This document shows positions 52,701-64,000 of a stretch of 64,000 nt of DNA, piece by piece. The notes beneath the pieces are model-generated. The model saw nothing but the letters and a program-made list of their open reading frames with translations. It did not search any database and had not been told where the DNA came from. The number at the start of each line of letters is the position of its first letter. The first letter of the stretch is position 1. A program made the translations under genes and the position numbers. The DNA is from Schmidtea polychroa (Eukaryota): contig CM097888.1 in NCBI GenBank assembly GCA_044892525.1, forward strand, positions 2,666,001 through 2,730,000, written 5' to 3'.

Positions 52701-53479
52701 ATCATTTGGTATTCATTATTGATGATTGGTTATCATTTGGTATTCATTATTGATGATTGGTTATCATTTGGTATTCATTATTGATGATTGGTTATCATTT
52801 GGTATTCATTATTGATGATTGATTATGATTTGATATTCATTATTGATGATTGGTTGTGATTTGGTATTCATTATTGATGATTGGTTATCATTTGGTATTC
52901 ATTATTGATGATTGGTTATCATTTGGTATTCATTATTGATGATTGGTTATCATTTGGTATTCATTATTGATGATTGGTTGTGATTTGATATTCATTATTG
53001 ATGATTGGTTATCATTTGGTATTCATTATTGATGATTGGTTATCATTTGGTATTCATTATTGATGATTGGTTATCATTTGGTATTCATTATTGATGATTG
53101 GTTATCATTTGGTATTCATTATTTATGATTGGTTATCATTTGGTATTCATTATTGATGATTGGTTATCATTTGGTATTCATTATTGATGATTGATTATGA
53201 TTTGATATTCATTATTGATTATTGGTTGTGATTGGGTTCGTTATTAATTGTGATCAACTGCTAGTATATTGGTTATAACCCCGCGTGATTATTGCTCGTG
53301 CGAATAACTAATTAATAATTTAAATTGTTTTAGGTATCCAGCGATTCAATAAATCAGGGTCCAGAGGATTTTGAATTATCAGTAATTGTTTTTTCATTAG
53401 TCAATGATTTGTAATGTTTGCATATTTATTGTAGAAGCCGTCGGATTACGAGATAATTATTTTGGACGAGACGGAATAA
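42574..53479 (+). CDS. CCAR1: Cell division cycle and apoptosis regulator 1 (S1-like, DBC1, SAP, EF-hand-like, coiled coil), about 1153 aa
   Basis: Exons 42574-42607, 42655-42738, 42789-42966, 45164-45469, 45642-46059, 46121-46494, 47260-47674, 47777-47842, 47898-48018, 49212-49393, 49442-49599, 50867-51035, 51084-51277, 51336-51439, 51495-52009, 52059-52109, 53334-53381 and 53435-53479; total 3462 nt, phases consistent. Motifs VGDRVAVDATY, FSAKVML, GGAWSPSLDG.DP, TAIRTCK.LTGIDLS, KRELELRKLSAKG (SAP) and FEVALFA. First and last three exons are inferred from splice logic only. Confidence 0.92.
43646..44573 (-). mobile_element. hAT (Buster/SCAND3-type) deletion derivative in CCAR1 intron 3
   Basis: Minus frame LYPAL*VIVHKLLIAFPSSSLVERAV (about 43870-43980). 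TIR ttgggaaccactg at the right end and a degenerate gtggttccgaaa at the left. No TSD match; contains an N gap. Confidence 0.6.
46756..46789. repeat. (AC)n microsatellite
   Basis: Pure ac run in CCAR1 intron 6. Confidence 0.9.
48560..49080 (-). mobile_element. Tigger/pogo transposase C-terminal remnant
   Basis: STIKRSWNK...FTDIQEFI..L.EDL...FTSKVLSEGI..LF.DND fits TIGD1/Tigger1-like C-termini. Contains stops. Confidence 0.6.
49671..50170 (+). mobile_element. hAT remnant with left TIR and dimerisation domain
   Basis: Starts tagggcttacaaaaccgg. Encodes LETILPTSVESERSFSSASHLVTKVRSPLSNQSINHLCLIRAFY. Confidence 0.75.
52213..53236. repeat. 31-bp minisatellite, about 33 copies, in CCAR1 intron 16
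   Basis: Unit atgattggttatcatttggtattcattattg, with recurrent variants. Confidence 0.97.
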
Positions 53480-54549
53480 TATATAAATTATATATAATTA
53501 TAAATATTATTTACAATTGTCAATTTGTTAATTTGTTCCTAATAAAATAGTTGTCATTTTATCGTACTACATTGATATCTTGATTAGTGTTGCTATGGCA
53601 CTCGTGTTGGTGCTGCTTGGTAGCGGATATGTAATATGTCTGTTGCATCATCACCCAGTGTGTCTATTGGTAACGCCTCTTGTCGCCAGTTTGTCTCCCT
53701 GCTCCACCATCATATATATAGCCTCGTGAATTCTCGTTTATTATTTGTCAATTTATTGATTATTTTCAATTTGTTCATCCATTTGTTGCATTTGCACTGA
53801 TCAATTATGTTTGGTTTTGGATTGAGCTGAGTGGCAGTTCTGTCTTATCATCACCAATATTGTATGGCAATTATTATATGATTTTATTGGTTCAGGTTGC
53901 CATCGCTGCTATCAAGGAGAAATCGACATTAATTATGTCAATATTATATCTAAATACAAATTGCTCACTAATTCATTCAGGGTCCTTCATAAAGTGCGTC
54001 ATGTCACAAGGTAGGGTGTACTAAAATGTGACAAGGAAAGGGGGGTTCAGACCATGTTTATTTTTTAAAATTTTATTTCCAATTTGTTTTCATTTTTCGA
54101 TGTGTATTATATAACTGTCTAGTCTAATTTTTCGGATAATGTTATATTTTAATGCTCCTACGTTATTCAACTACGTTAATAATTCATAGCGCAGTAGCCT
54201 TTGCAAAGCATAATGTATGTTGCAGATGTGTTGAATATATCCGAGAGGATTGGTACATCTTTATCTTCGTTTCAACATCCGATTTGTAAAATGAAAGCTT
54301 CAATCATTGATACTCGCTCTTTTTGAGGACTCGAGCATTTCAGATATTTATGATTTTTTTTCGTTTAATAACTTTTGCATCTAACTTGATTGTATCAATT
54401 AGACATGTAAAAATTTATTGTTTCAGATTTTGTACAAATGATACATCATTTTCTTGAATAATAATATAAATTATTATATCATGTTGGTTGAATTAATTCA
54501 TATCGAACTTCATCTTAAGATAAATAGTAGAGCATTAGACTAGTATCAT

Positions 54550-54696
54550 GAGCCGGCGGGCCGCAACATAAATAATTGTTTTTCAGAACATGTGGAGTCT
54601 GAAACACCGACGTTAGTATTTATTTAATTAAAAACTCAACAAAACTAAAAACATTTTTTTATTATTAATAGTAATAATAATAATAAAATAATAGTA

Positions 54697-54741
<45 letters not shown>

Positions 54742-55198
54742 TTTGAAGAAAATGTGGTAACATTTGAATGCATTAACTTGGTCACACATGTTTGTAATGA
54801 TTTGATCCTTTCCTTGCAGTTTCAAATTTAAATCGGATAAGTTTTTCGTTATATCAACCATAAAAGATAAATCTTACCCCCACACTGTATCAGAAAACAA
54901 GGCGATGTCTTGTTTTTTTTATGTTAAAAACTGACATATTTCGTCTTTCAAATCCCAAAATTGTTTGAGAACCTTGGAGCAGGATAACCAACGTACCTCG
55001 GTATAGTACTTCAAACCAGAATTTATTTTCGCACCCCAACTAGATTTTTGGGGTTTGTTTCCTTAATTTTTTGTTTAATGGACGATAAAAACTAAATGTA
55101 ACAGTTATAAGAAGTGATTAGAGAGAAAATTTTATTTTTAAGTTTTGTTTTGTTTTTTGTACTGATATATCAAGTGGGCCGCAAGTTTGACATATCTG
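54550..55198 (-). mobile_element. hAT Charlie/SPIN (GTF2IRD2-like) transposase remnant
   Basis: YYTEVRWLSCSKVLKQFWDLKDEICQFL and FMVDITKNLSDLNLKLQGKDQII. End gtttgacatatctg and gggccgca motifs. Interrupted by (taa)n. Confidence 0.8.
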
Positions 55199-55967
55199 GC
55201 TTACATCATTGTTGACTAATGTGGCTTCAGATTTCTAAGCAGGCAAGAGTGGGAATGAAAAGTAAATGGTGAAGAATCGATAAAAGGAAACTATAAGTTA
55301 TTTAGAAATAACGAATAGTCGGTTAATTCATTGTAGTGCCTGAAATATGTACTTACAATTTTATTATTTTTTAATTATTTAACGTAAAATTACAAATACG
55401 TTTTAAAATATAACAAATATTAAAATTTACTGCATAAAAGAAAAATAAATGTAGTGAAAACTGTGGAATTATAACAATTTGTGTAACATGGTACTACTTC
55501 ACCTTGATATAAGATATATAATTGCATCAACATAAATATTTTTACTCTTCATATATTTATGTATCATCAGTGTTCAACGTTCACCTAATAGAAATATCAG
55601 ATTCAAATTTAAAAAAGCAAGATCAAACCATTGTTCTATTTAAATAATTTTTAACTTATATATATTATTTTTATAAACTTGTTTATATTTATTGCATTTT
55701 TATTATGGGTCACATATTTTCATATTGAAATTTTTCAGTTCATTTTTTCAAATTTGTAAATTATAGACCAAAATGAACTATTTGATATTCACCATAATTT
55801 ATCAAAATGAAATAAATTATAATCATCTAATATATTAATATTTTGATTTTCTTGACACTTTTTTGACTAGTAAAATTAAATTGATTAGAGTTTTCGGCAT
55901 TAAATTCTATATATTAAATGTCATTTTTATAAAATAAAATTTAAAATGACTTTATTCGTGTGTTGAG

Positions 55968-56535
55968 CAGTGGCGTAACTTCAAATTCTGGGCCACCCTG
56001 CAAGATTTTCAAAATAACCCCCAATGACAATCTGATAGACAATAATTTTATATTTTTAATTATCAAGTCACTTTTGAGAAATACATTTTAATGATATTAT
56101 ATTTTTTTATTATTAATTTGTATTTTTATGTCACAACTAAAAATTGTTTTCGATTTAAAAATGATTTAATGTTATAAATGAAAATGTTACTAAATATTGT
56201 TTTATTCAATGTTATGAAATCATAAATCAATAACAATTTCGTATTTAGTACAGTACTGTCAATACAGATGAGTATTCTAAGACAAGTTCTTGTGATGACT
56301 TTATTAAGGTAAACAGGTCTATGAGCTGGTCAACATCCATAACTTCTGCCTGTAAGGCTTCAATGCTCATCCTGGTTAAACCAGTAAGGCGTCGAATTAC
56401 GAAGATGAACACTAACTTTCGAAAATGACCTTTCTGCTGTGCATCTATTAATTAAAATATTTCTTTTTTTCAAACTTGAAAATTGGCCCCTTTTACCAGG
56501 ACCTCCCACAGTTGCGACTCATAATTACACTACTG
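55968..56535 (-). mobile_element. Internally deleted hAT, 568 bp
   Basis: TIRs cagtggcgtaact / aattacactactg. TSD gtgttgag / gggttgag (7/8). Internal AERSFSK..RLTGL..MSIE remnant. Confidence 0.8.
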
Positions 56536-57029
56536 GGGTTGAGTATAATTATATTTCAATGGGATAAATCTGTTAATCTGACTTTTCCATTAAATTTTAA
56601 TTTTAAATTTTCTTCTTAATTTCTTCGACTAGTTATGATGATTTGGATGAGTTCAGAGCTCATTTTAAAAGGAACTTAGCTGATATTTCGTTTACCAATT
56701 TCAGGATCACTTCCTTCATTTAATTTATTTGTTTCCTCATCTTTTTTTCACTCATATCCATTCTCCTCGAAAACTATTATTTTTTCAATTTTTCTACTTC
56801 TATTATTAAAATTGTGTTTTACTATTTTGCACTGCACATAGATTTTTGAGTAATTGGACATTATTTTCCCATCAATTTAGATAGATCCAATTTATCTCGT
56901 CTTTAATTTAGATTCCTCCTCAAATCGTTATTAATAATAATTTTAGTAATAATAATAATTATAATAATATTGAAAATAATAATTAATTTAAATAATAACC
57001 GAAAAAAAGAGGCTTTCGAAAAAATGTTG

Positions 57030-57328
57030 TCTGCTACATTACATGGAATGTATGGAAAGAAATATGCATTGGAAGTACACTCATAACCTTGCACCAAAGA
57101 GTAAAAGAACATCTATATCCTAGTGGAAAATCCTCAGTATACGGATATCTCCAACAATATCAACCAAGGAAGGAAAGAAAAAACAGTTCAATTGAAATCT
57201 TAGCCAATGTAATTCAGCAAAAGAAAAATATCAGATTTAAAGAGGAAATTCTCACCATAGGCCGACAGCTAAAAATCAATACTAAAGAAGAGACCAATGA
57301 AATAATCAGTTTAATTTGTTGTTATTGA
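57030..57328 (+). mobile_element. Penelope-like element GIY-YIG endonuclease remnant
   Basis: CIGSTLITLHQRVKEH...SSV...IEILA...FKEEIL...INTKEE. Confidence 0.7.
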
Positions 57329-58462
57329 CTTTGAGAATATTTTCTTTTAAAAAATAATAGTTTAAAAATAATAAAGAGAATAAAGAAAAGGTCAAAAGCA
57401 TTTGAAAATTGAAGCAAATAAATTCCACGAAATTGAAAATAACTATTTTTATAATTAAAAATTCTTTCATTTTATTAGAAGGTTAAATTATCATTTAATT
57501 GTTTAAAAAAAATAATTATAATGATGATAAATTTATTAATTTAATTCCCATTTGGGAATTTTATTTCAATTTCCCAAATTGGAAATTTGTTGAAAATTTT
57601 TTCATTGTAATTTAATTCTAATTTAAAATGAGTTTTATTTGCTATCGCATCAACATTTATCATTAGAACTTACATGATATTTTATAATATATTTTGTGAC
57701 ATCGACGGATGAACGTTTTTCAAAAAGACTTTCTAGAGTCATGCCTAGACTTTTGCTAGGCAACCGGTTAAAGATTTCTACAAATTTCCGAAAATTTTTT
57801 TTTAAATTAATTCTTATAATTTAAATTTATTTAGTTTTCATACAGTAAAACCTCCATATAAAGTACACCATATTTACAAACAATTCTTCTTCGAGGTTTA
57901 CTTATAAGAGAAAATTTGAAAAATCAAAAAAGTTTGATATACCATATTCAATAAAAATTGATGGTCTTTATCTGGGGCGCTCCAGGCAGGCTGCAACGCA
58001 CGCGTTGTACGCTGGCGGCCGTCTGAAAGGGCAGCAAATTTAAAATCAAAACCATTTGCAAAAACAAATTTCATTTTTGTAAAATAAAAAAAAATTACGA
58101 CTTTTTTGTCATTGAACGCACTCCAGCCTAATTTTCATATACCTGTCATTATCTTGTCAAAGTCATTTAGTGTTTTAAGTTTTGAACCAAATCAACATTT
58201 CAAGTTTTAAAATTTATAAAAAATAATAAAAAGATTTTTATTTAAGAAAATAGAGATATACATTACGATTTGTTAGATTAGAAAGCAAGGTTATAATATA
58301 GAATTTGGTAAGTATAATGCAATGTTTTCTAAATTTTTGCTAACCAATATTATTATGATGTACGTTAGATATTTATTGTTTGTATGATTTGCATCCTTTG
58401 ATATGCTCCTGGAACGTTGTGCAATTGAACATGAAATCTTAGGTAATTTAGATATACATGAC

Positions 58463-59662
58463 TAGAGTTGGGTATTTCCCGAGAAAATCACATTCTTGAG
58501 ATTCGGGATTTCCCGAAACAAATTCTATAGAATTCTCGAGAAGTCGAGAAAATTTAAAAAACCTGTGAAAAATTCTAAAATCAATGTAAAATAAAGAAAT
58601 TCGAAAAATATGTTTTTTATTTAAGTAAGAAGTACTAAACAATTAATTAAAGTCGTAAAAAGTCGTAAACAAAATAGAAGTAGTAAAACAAAAATAGTTC
58701 AAATCATTATTATTAAAATAGAATAGAATATTAAAACAAAAATAATTCAAAAATATTATTTACTAAAATAAAATTTCAGAAAACACAGACTGTCAATGGC
58801 TGCGTCTGACAATCGCGTACGCTTTTGCGAAACAAAATTCCCCGTCATCTTTATCGCTTCGACTGCCTTCCTCATCCGAATCCTCACCGCAATCTACATC
58901 GTTTTCATTATTATTTTCACCATCGGTGGTTCCATCGCTTACATCACTTTCATATATCCTGTTTGTACGTTTTCGTTTCTGATACATTACCTCCATAATT
59001 GCCAAGTGTATGCCGTGATTGTAGCATAACTGTTGATGCAATGGTGATAGTTTCCCGAATTTGATCATCACATTGACACCGTCACTTGTAATAGAGACGA
59101 TGTCCGACTGGAACCGATGCTATTGCTTATGAACTCACTTTTTGTTATAGCGTTGATTGAAATTCCATCTTTTGCCGCCAATTTTGCTATGATTTGTTCA
59201 AGCGATACAGAAGACGTAATTGTAGAACGTCATATTCGTTTTCCGAACTCATGATATTAAATGCTGAAAATTTAATATTTATGTATTTGAATTTGTTTTA
59301 AATAGAATTAAATTTAACTTACCGATACAAACAGACTAAACAACACAACCGCTTACCACAAAATAAAAATTGAAATGAAATTATAGCTAATGATGTTACA
59401 TTTCATACAATGTGTCATTTTTCCAAGCAAGGAAAGACGTATACTTATTTATTTCAAAAAAGTTATCTTTCAAGTTTTAAAAAAATTGTTTTTTAATGAA
59501 TATTTGATTAAAAAAATTAAAAAAAAACCCCGATTTCTCGAGAAATTCTCGAGATCCGGGATTTCCCAAAATGTTAAAAATTTAAATTCTCGAGATTCGG
59601 AATGGAAAATCTCGAAATTTTCTCGAGAATTCCCGACGTGAAATTCTCGAAACCCAACTCTA
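58463..59662 (-). mobile_element. Internally deleted hAT with both ends, 1200 bp
   Basis: 11-bp TIRs tagagttgggt / acccaactcta. Perfect 8-bp TSD tacatgac (58455-58462, 59663-59670). Subterminal ttctcgaga/tcccga repeats. Internal SITSDGVNVMIKFGK...QLCYNHGIHLAI (catalytic D and CxxH). Confidence 0.93.
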
Positions 59663-60049
59663 TACATGACTAAATTTCACAATTTGCTTTGAACAAGGCA
59701 AGAAAGTCTCTTCTAGTGAGTAGTAAACTATTAATTTCATAAAATTTCTATTTTTTGTGTGTACTAAACTATAAATTTCCTATACCTCTCTGTTTTGTGA
59801 CTAATAAACTATAATTTTCATAACCTATTGCATGTGATATGTGTTATTCTGTAGTTAGTTTAATTTTTACTTTAATTAAAATGTTATTTTTATTTTGTAT
59901 AATTGAAAATTTTTTTTAAGAAAAGACCGGAACGGCATGAAATTATTTTGCATACAGGCGGCCTAAACGGCTCGGCGCGCCTCTTGCTTTTATATATGGT
60001 AAATGTCGTGAAGTTTAAATTTCTAGCAAATAAATTGTTTCAGTCATCA

Positions 60050-60620
60050 AAAAAGATATAAAAATTAAGTACTCCCTCAGTCCAAAAATGATAGTCCAGT
60101 TTGACTTTAAATCGTAATTTCTTTGCAACCACTCAAAATTACTTAAAACAGATTGCATAATCTTATTCAGTATCATCGAAAAAAGATTGATATTAACTTT
60201 TAGCCATATATTTTCAATAAAACACATTTTATTTTTTTAAACAACATTTTGGCGCCAGTTTTGTGTTATTCTGTACTAAATGCAACTGGACTATCATTTT
60301 TGGACAGAGGGAGTATAAAGGATACAACAATTATTTATTATTTAAAAATTCATCAAGTAACTGTAATGTGGTCCTTTCCTTGTTTGCCACCTTTGCAAGA
60401 ATCTCACGTTAATGCAAGCTTTTTATCTGGTATAGCTCTAAAAAAATATCCTCCATTTAGCAATGGACATTATTTCCGACTGTTTGGCTTTCACCGCTTG
60501 AACACATTCCTTATACACATCAAAATATTTATCACTTCGTATATATTCTGTAATCTTTATCTTCTTCTGAATATCAACAAACTGTCCTTTTGTGGCTGTG
60601 GTTTTGTTACGATTTTCCAT
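60050..60620 (-). mobile_element. Tigger/jerky-like DDE transposase remnant
   Basis: FFRAIPDKKLAL..SCKGGKQGKDHITV and FEWL fit the DDE_1 domain. Contains stops. Confidence 0.65.
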
Positions 60621-61405
60621 TTTTCTATGGCCTCATAAAAATTTAATCATGAAATAAATTTCTTAATATTAAAACAACTTAATTGTTTTTAGTATTTAAC
60701 CTTTTAATAATATTATAAATATATTTCACTAATAAATCTCCAAATAGAATTTTAAAGATTATAAAAAATATAAGATATTTAAAATAAATCTATTGATATT
60801 CTTGCTGTCGGGTTAATTAATATTTTTTCAAATTATGCAACACAATTATTAACACGAAATTATTAACACAATGAGAAAAATTGTCGAAAGCACAGACGTT
60901 GTCAGTGTTTTGTACACCAACAGAACAGTATTCATTTAATAACTTAGTCTGAGGAACCATAATCAGTCTTATATTGATATATTTGTGTTCGTCTCATTAT
61001 TTGTCACTCATTTATCCATTTCACCCGAAAAATATTTAATTTTTCAATTAATTTTTATTAAACTTTTTATTATTTTGCACACAGTTTTCTGTGCAATTAA
61101 ATATTAATCTGACCGCCCCAACAAGTAATCATGATACCATTTCCCAGAGTACCTTAGAGATGTAAAAGAATGAAAATCATGTTTTTTAATTTGAAAATTT
61201 AAAACAAAAGATATCAATTACGCTATAGTTGGCTATTATCGCGTTCATAGGATGAAATGGAAAGGGTCTCCGGGGAGGAATGACATTCAGCCAATTGCAA
61301 GTCAAGCGTGATGAATGTGGAACAAAATGGTTATGCATTATTAATGAAATTGTCGCATTAAACTTTTATTTTTATTAAAATTTTAATTTATATTTCTACT
61401 GACTA

Positions 61406-62206
61406 ATGATTACTGAGATATTACTCTTCCTCATTTTCACCCCTCCCTTCCTGACTGTGCCACAGCTGGCCAATGATGTAAGATGTACAGCTGATGCATT
61501 TATCAAGAAATTCAGCTATATTGTAATGGTCAATGGAACTTGTTACCATCCACAAACGATGACACCCCAACCGTTTCAAATGAATTCTCAACTGATCTAT
61601 ACAAAGATACCGAATCAACTGATAGTTTTTAGGTTATATACTGGCAGTGGATTAAATTCAGTAATGTTTTTCACGACAAAAATGGTGCAAAACGACGTAA
61701 TATTTGCGGAAGATAAGAGGATCATCCCAGCAAATTTCAGAAGTCCCATACTAGATGAATGGAATAACATCAAACCTATTTATATGAATGTTACAATCAA
61801 GGATTCGGCTGCCATGGCAATTGGATGGCTGTTTTTCAAGGTTGCCATATCTGACTCCTCACAGTCATGGTTCTCCAAATCCAATCTACTAAAATCATTC
61901 CCATGGGACATCAACCAATTATTAAGCAACAATTACGTCTATTTCAATGTGACTGGTGACGTACGTCCAATTTTAGAGCGAAATTTCTTTATTAATACAT
62001 ATTATTTAAATTGTAATTCTGACATTGGGATTCTTTGTATTTATGATAAGGCAGATGCGTGCCCCTATGGTATTGACATTTTAGGGTACCCATTAATAAA
62101 ATATGTGATAAATAATGGCAACGGTGGGACCTGGACTACCTCAAAGGTAGCAAAATCTCTGGAAATCATAGCAACATATGATGAGTTCATTACAATATTC
62201 TCATAA
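61406..62206 (+). CDS. Intronless 266-aa probable secreted protein with an uncharacterised lophotrochozoan-type domain
   Basis: Hydrophobic N-terminus, NxT sequons and Cys residues. The motif series VFR..G.G, FRS.ILD.W, WFS...L..S.PW.D, RNFFIN..Y..C..D.G.L...D recalls an unnamed mollusc/annelid extracellular domain. Confidence 0.8.
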   Translation: MITEILLFLIFTPPFLTVPQLANDVRCTADAFIKKFSYIVMVNGTCYHPQTMTPQPFQMNSQLIYTKIPNQLIVFRLYTGSGLNSVMFFTTKMVQNDVIFAEDKRIIPANFRSPILDEWNNIKPIYMNVTIKDSAAMAIGWLFFKVAISDSSQSWFSKSNLLKSFPWDINQLLSNNYVYFNVTGDVRPILERNFFINTYYLNCNSDIGILCIYDKADACPYGIDILGYPLIKYVINNGNGGTWTTSKVAKSLEIIATYDEFITIFS

Positions 62207-62951
62207 AACTTCAAATTTTGTATAAATCTTTCCTCTATATTTTTTATTTGATTAATTTGATTTGTTGCTCCATTGGAGATTGGTTACCATTATCCGTCAC
62301 GGTTCATTTGCACTGTTCTCCCCGACAGAGAATCTTTACAATATAATCCATTGTTTAACCAATTTTATAAGTTTATATTTTCCCATAAATGAAATATTTT
62401 GTTTCAGAATATTTTATAATTCATTTAATTATTTTGCTTCGTAGATTTTGGGAGAGAATTTCGAAGTATCAATTGTATGAGGATCCTGCTTATTGACACC
62501 GTGAATGGCACGTGCATACCCTTCTATCTGGATTCTTGAGATACAAATTTCCAACATGATTATTTAGTATGAATTAGTATGTCATAATAAAGGAACGAAT
62601 TGATTGGTTTACACAAATAAAGGCGCTGATAAAATGGCGGATAAAAATAATTGAACCTTTCAATGCCAACTAGTCTCTCAAGTACGTTTTTAAAAGTCAA
62701 ACTGTTGGCTTATTTATATTACTTTTCCAAATGATTAACATTTATTTCTGGAATAGACATTAAAAGCCGATATATGGCTGTATATCCATTGATACATTAT
62801 TTACAAAGACCAGAAAACCACCATAAGGCAGGCTCAGAATAGGGATAAGTGGACCATTTAGCAGAAAACCTTTTGATTGGGTGAACAAAAACAGGATTAA
62901 TCCACATTACGATTTGTTCGATACGTCACATCAGTGTCCATTTTGATTTAA

Positions 62952-63183
62952 CCTTTTCGCACCGTCTTTCCGCTAATGACACTATGCTAAATTTATATAT
63001 TGGAACTTGTTAATATTGACCTAAATATGAAATATTCTCATTTTTGTAATCGTGGCGCTTCTGAATATCCTAGAAAGTCCTGGGATAATAATAAACTTTA
63101 ACACCGCAAATTGCTTTGAAAATATCCCAGTAGGATCATGATGAAAGTTTCTGGGACGTATTGTCCCAATAGGGGCGAAAGGG
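62952..63183. mobile_element. piggyBac-type MITE, 232 bp
   Basis: TTAA on both sides (62948-62951, 63184-63187). TIRs ccttttcgcacc / ggggcgaaaggg (10/12). Confidence 0.75.
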
Positions 63184-63539
63184 TTAAGGCGTTGAGTCAT
63201 ACAATGATTCATGTAGGAGATATACATATTTTAACTATTTATGTCTTTCTCATTAATTGTTATTTCTGATGTTTCTTTACTTTAAAAGCGTCTTTTATGA
63301 GCAAGATGGACAAAACAGCATGGAGATAAAGCCCCTAGTCGAGTACAAATCAAAAACAGACAAACATAAAATAAACACCCCAAAGAGACCACATAACATC
63401 AAAATGAAGAAACAAAAAGTAAGGTAAACGAAATAACAAAATAAAGAAGTATTGTAATATCAGTACGTAAACAAATTCTAATTCATATCGATAAAAGAAA
63501 ATAAAAGTCGAAAATAGAAAGAGTACAGAAAGATAATGA

Positions 63540-64000
63540 AATGCTTACTTACAAAGGAACATCCACAAGCACCCTCCACAATCATTTAAAAACAGTCCAC
63601 GAAAATATAACCGAAAAAAATCATCCGATGCCCGCCTGAGTTCACAAACACAGCCCGCATCTTTAACGTTTTGAAAAGGACTAGTTTAGAAGAAATTGTA
63701 TCGAAGCCTGCTTCCTTGGATGGCTTATCTATTAATTGCATTACAACTAGTTGGTTTATACGAGAGTCATTACAACAGCAAGATAACTCAAGTAATGAAT
63801 TTCATTCATTCATTTGATGAAACAATAAATGAATTAGATTATATGAAGAATGGAAGGGAAACCTCCTCAATAACTAGATGAATGAACCAGCAATTAATCA
63901 ACTCTCTCATTCACATGCCATACAATCAGCAGTGACTGACATATTAGATATTTCACATGCTACTAGGAACATCTTATAAGTTGTTTTGAAAAACATTTTC
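63540..64000 (+). mobile_element. hAT transposase N-terminal remnant (end of BED finger)
   Basis: GTSTSTLHNHLKTVH and SLEEIVSK.ASLDGLSINCITTS.FIRESL. Frameshifts and stops. Confidence 0.75.

Noticed and set aside
52213-53236. CRISPR-like array (31-bp repeats)
   Set aside because: Repeats are contiguous with no unique spacers, there are no cas genes, and the array lies in a spliceosomal intron.
56635-56693. Box C/D snoRNA candidate (atgatga...ctga)
   Set aside because: No terminal stem or recognisable guide, and the motifs are expected by chance in AT-rich DNA.

Overview
AT-rich, gapped (7 N-runs) draft genomic window from an intron-containing animal. It is probably a compact-genome spiralian invertebrate; that is an inference from 44-61-nt introns and a lophotrochozoan-type secreted domain, and the species cannot be determined. 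Three host genes could be rebuilt by hand with phase-consistent GT-AG exons: a 5'-incomplete ankyrin-repeat/SOCS-box (ASB-type) gene (+, 3284-10587), STPG2 (-, 10 exons, 27940-36713, about 565 aa) and CCAR1 (+, 18 exons, 42574-53479, about 1153 aa). There is also an unidentified minus-strand gene ending at 21699 and an intronless 266-aa secreted protein (61406-62206). Large introns and intergenic DNA are full of transposon debris: many hAT derivatives (several with TIRs and 8-bp TSDs), Tigger/pogo, piggyBac-type MITEs, a Penelope GIY-YIG fragment and LTR/non-LTR remnants. Two items stand out. (1) A 6.7-kb non-coding foldback element (12493-19161) is built from modular tandem arrays, with a target-site duplication, AG...CT termini and structurally matched but sequence-different subterminal hairpins. 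(2) An intronless, in-frame mosaic ORF joins deleted Rab1 fragments to proteasome alpha-6 fragments and lies antisense inside an STPG2 intron. All protein identifications rest on remembered family motifs, not on database searches.
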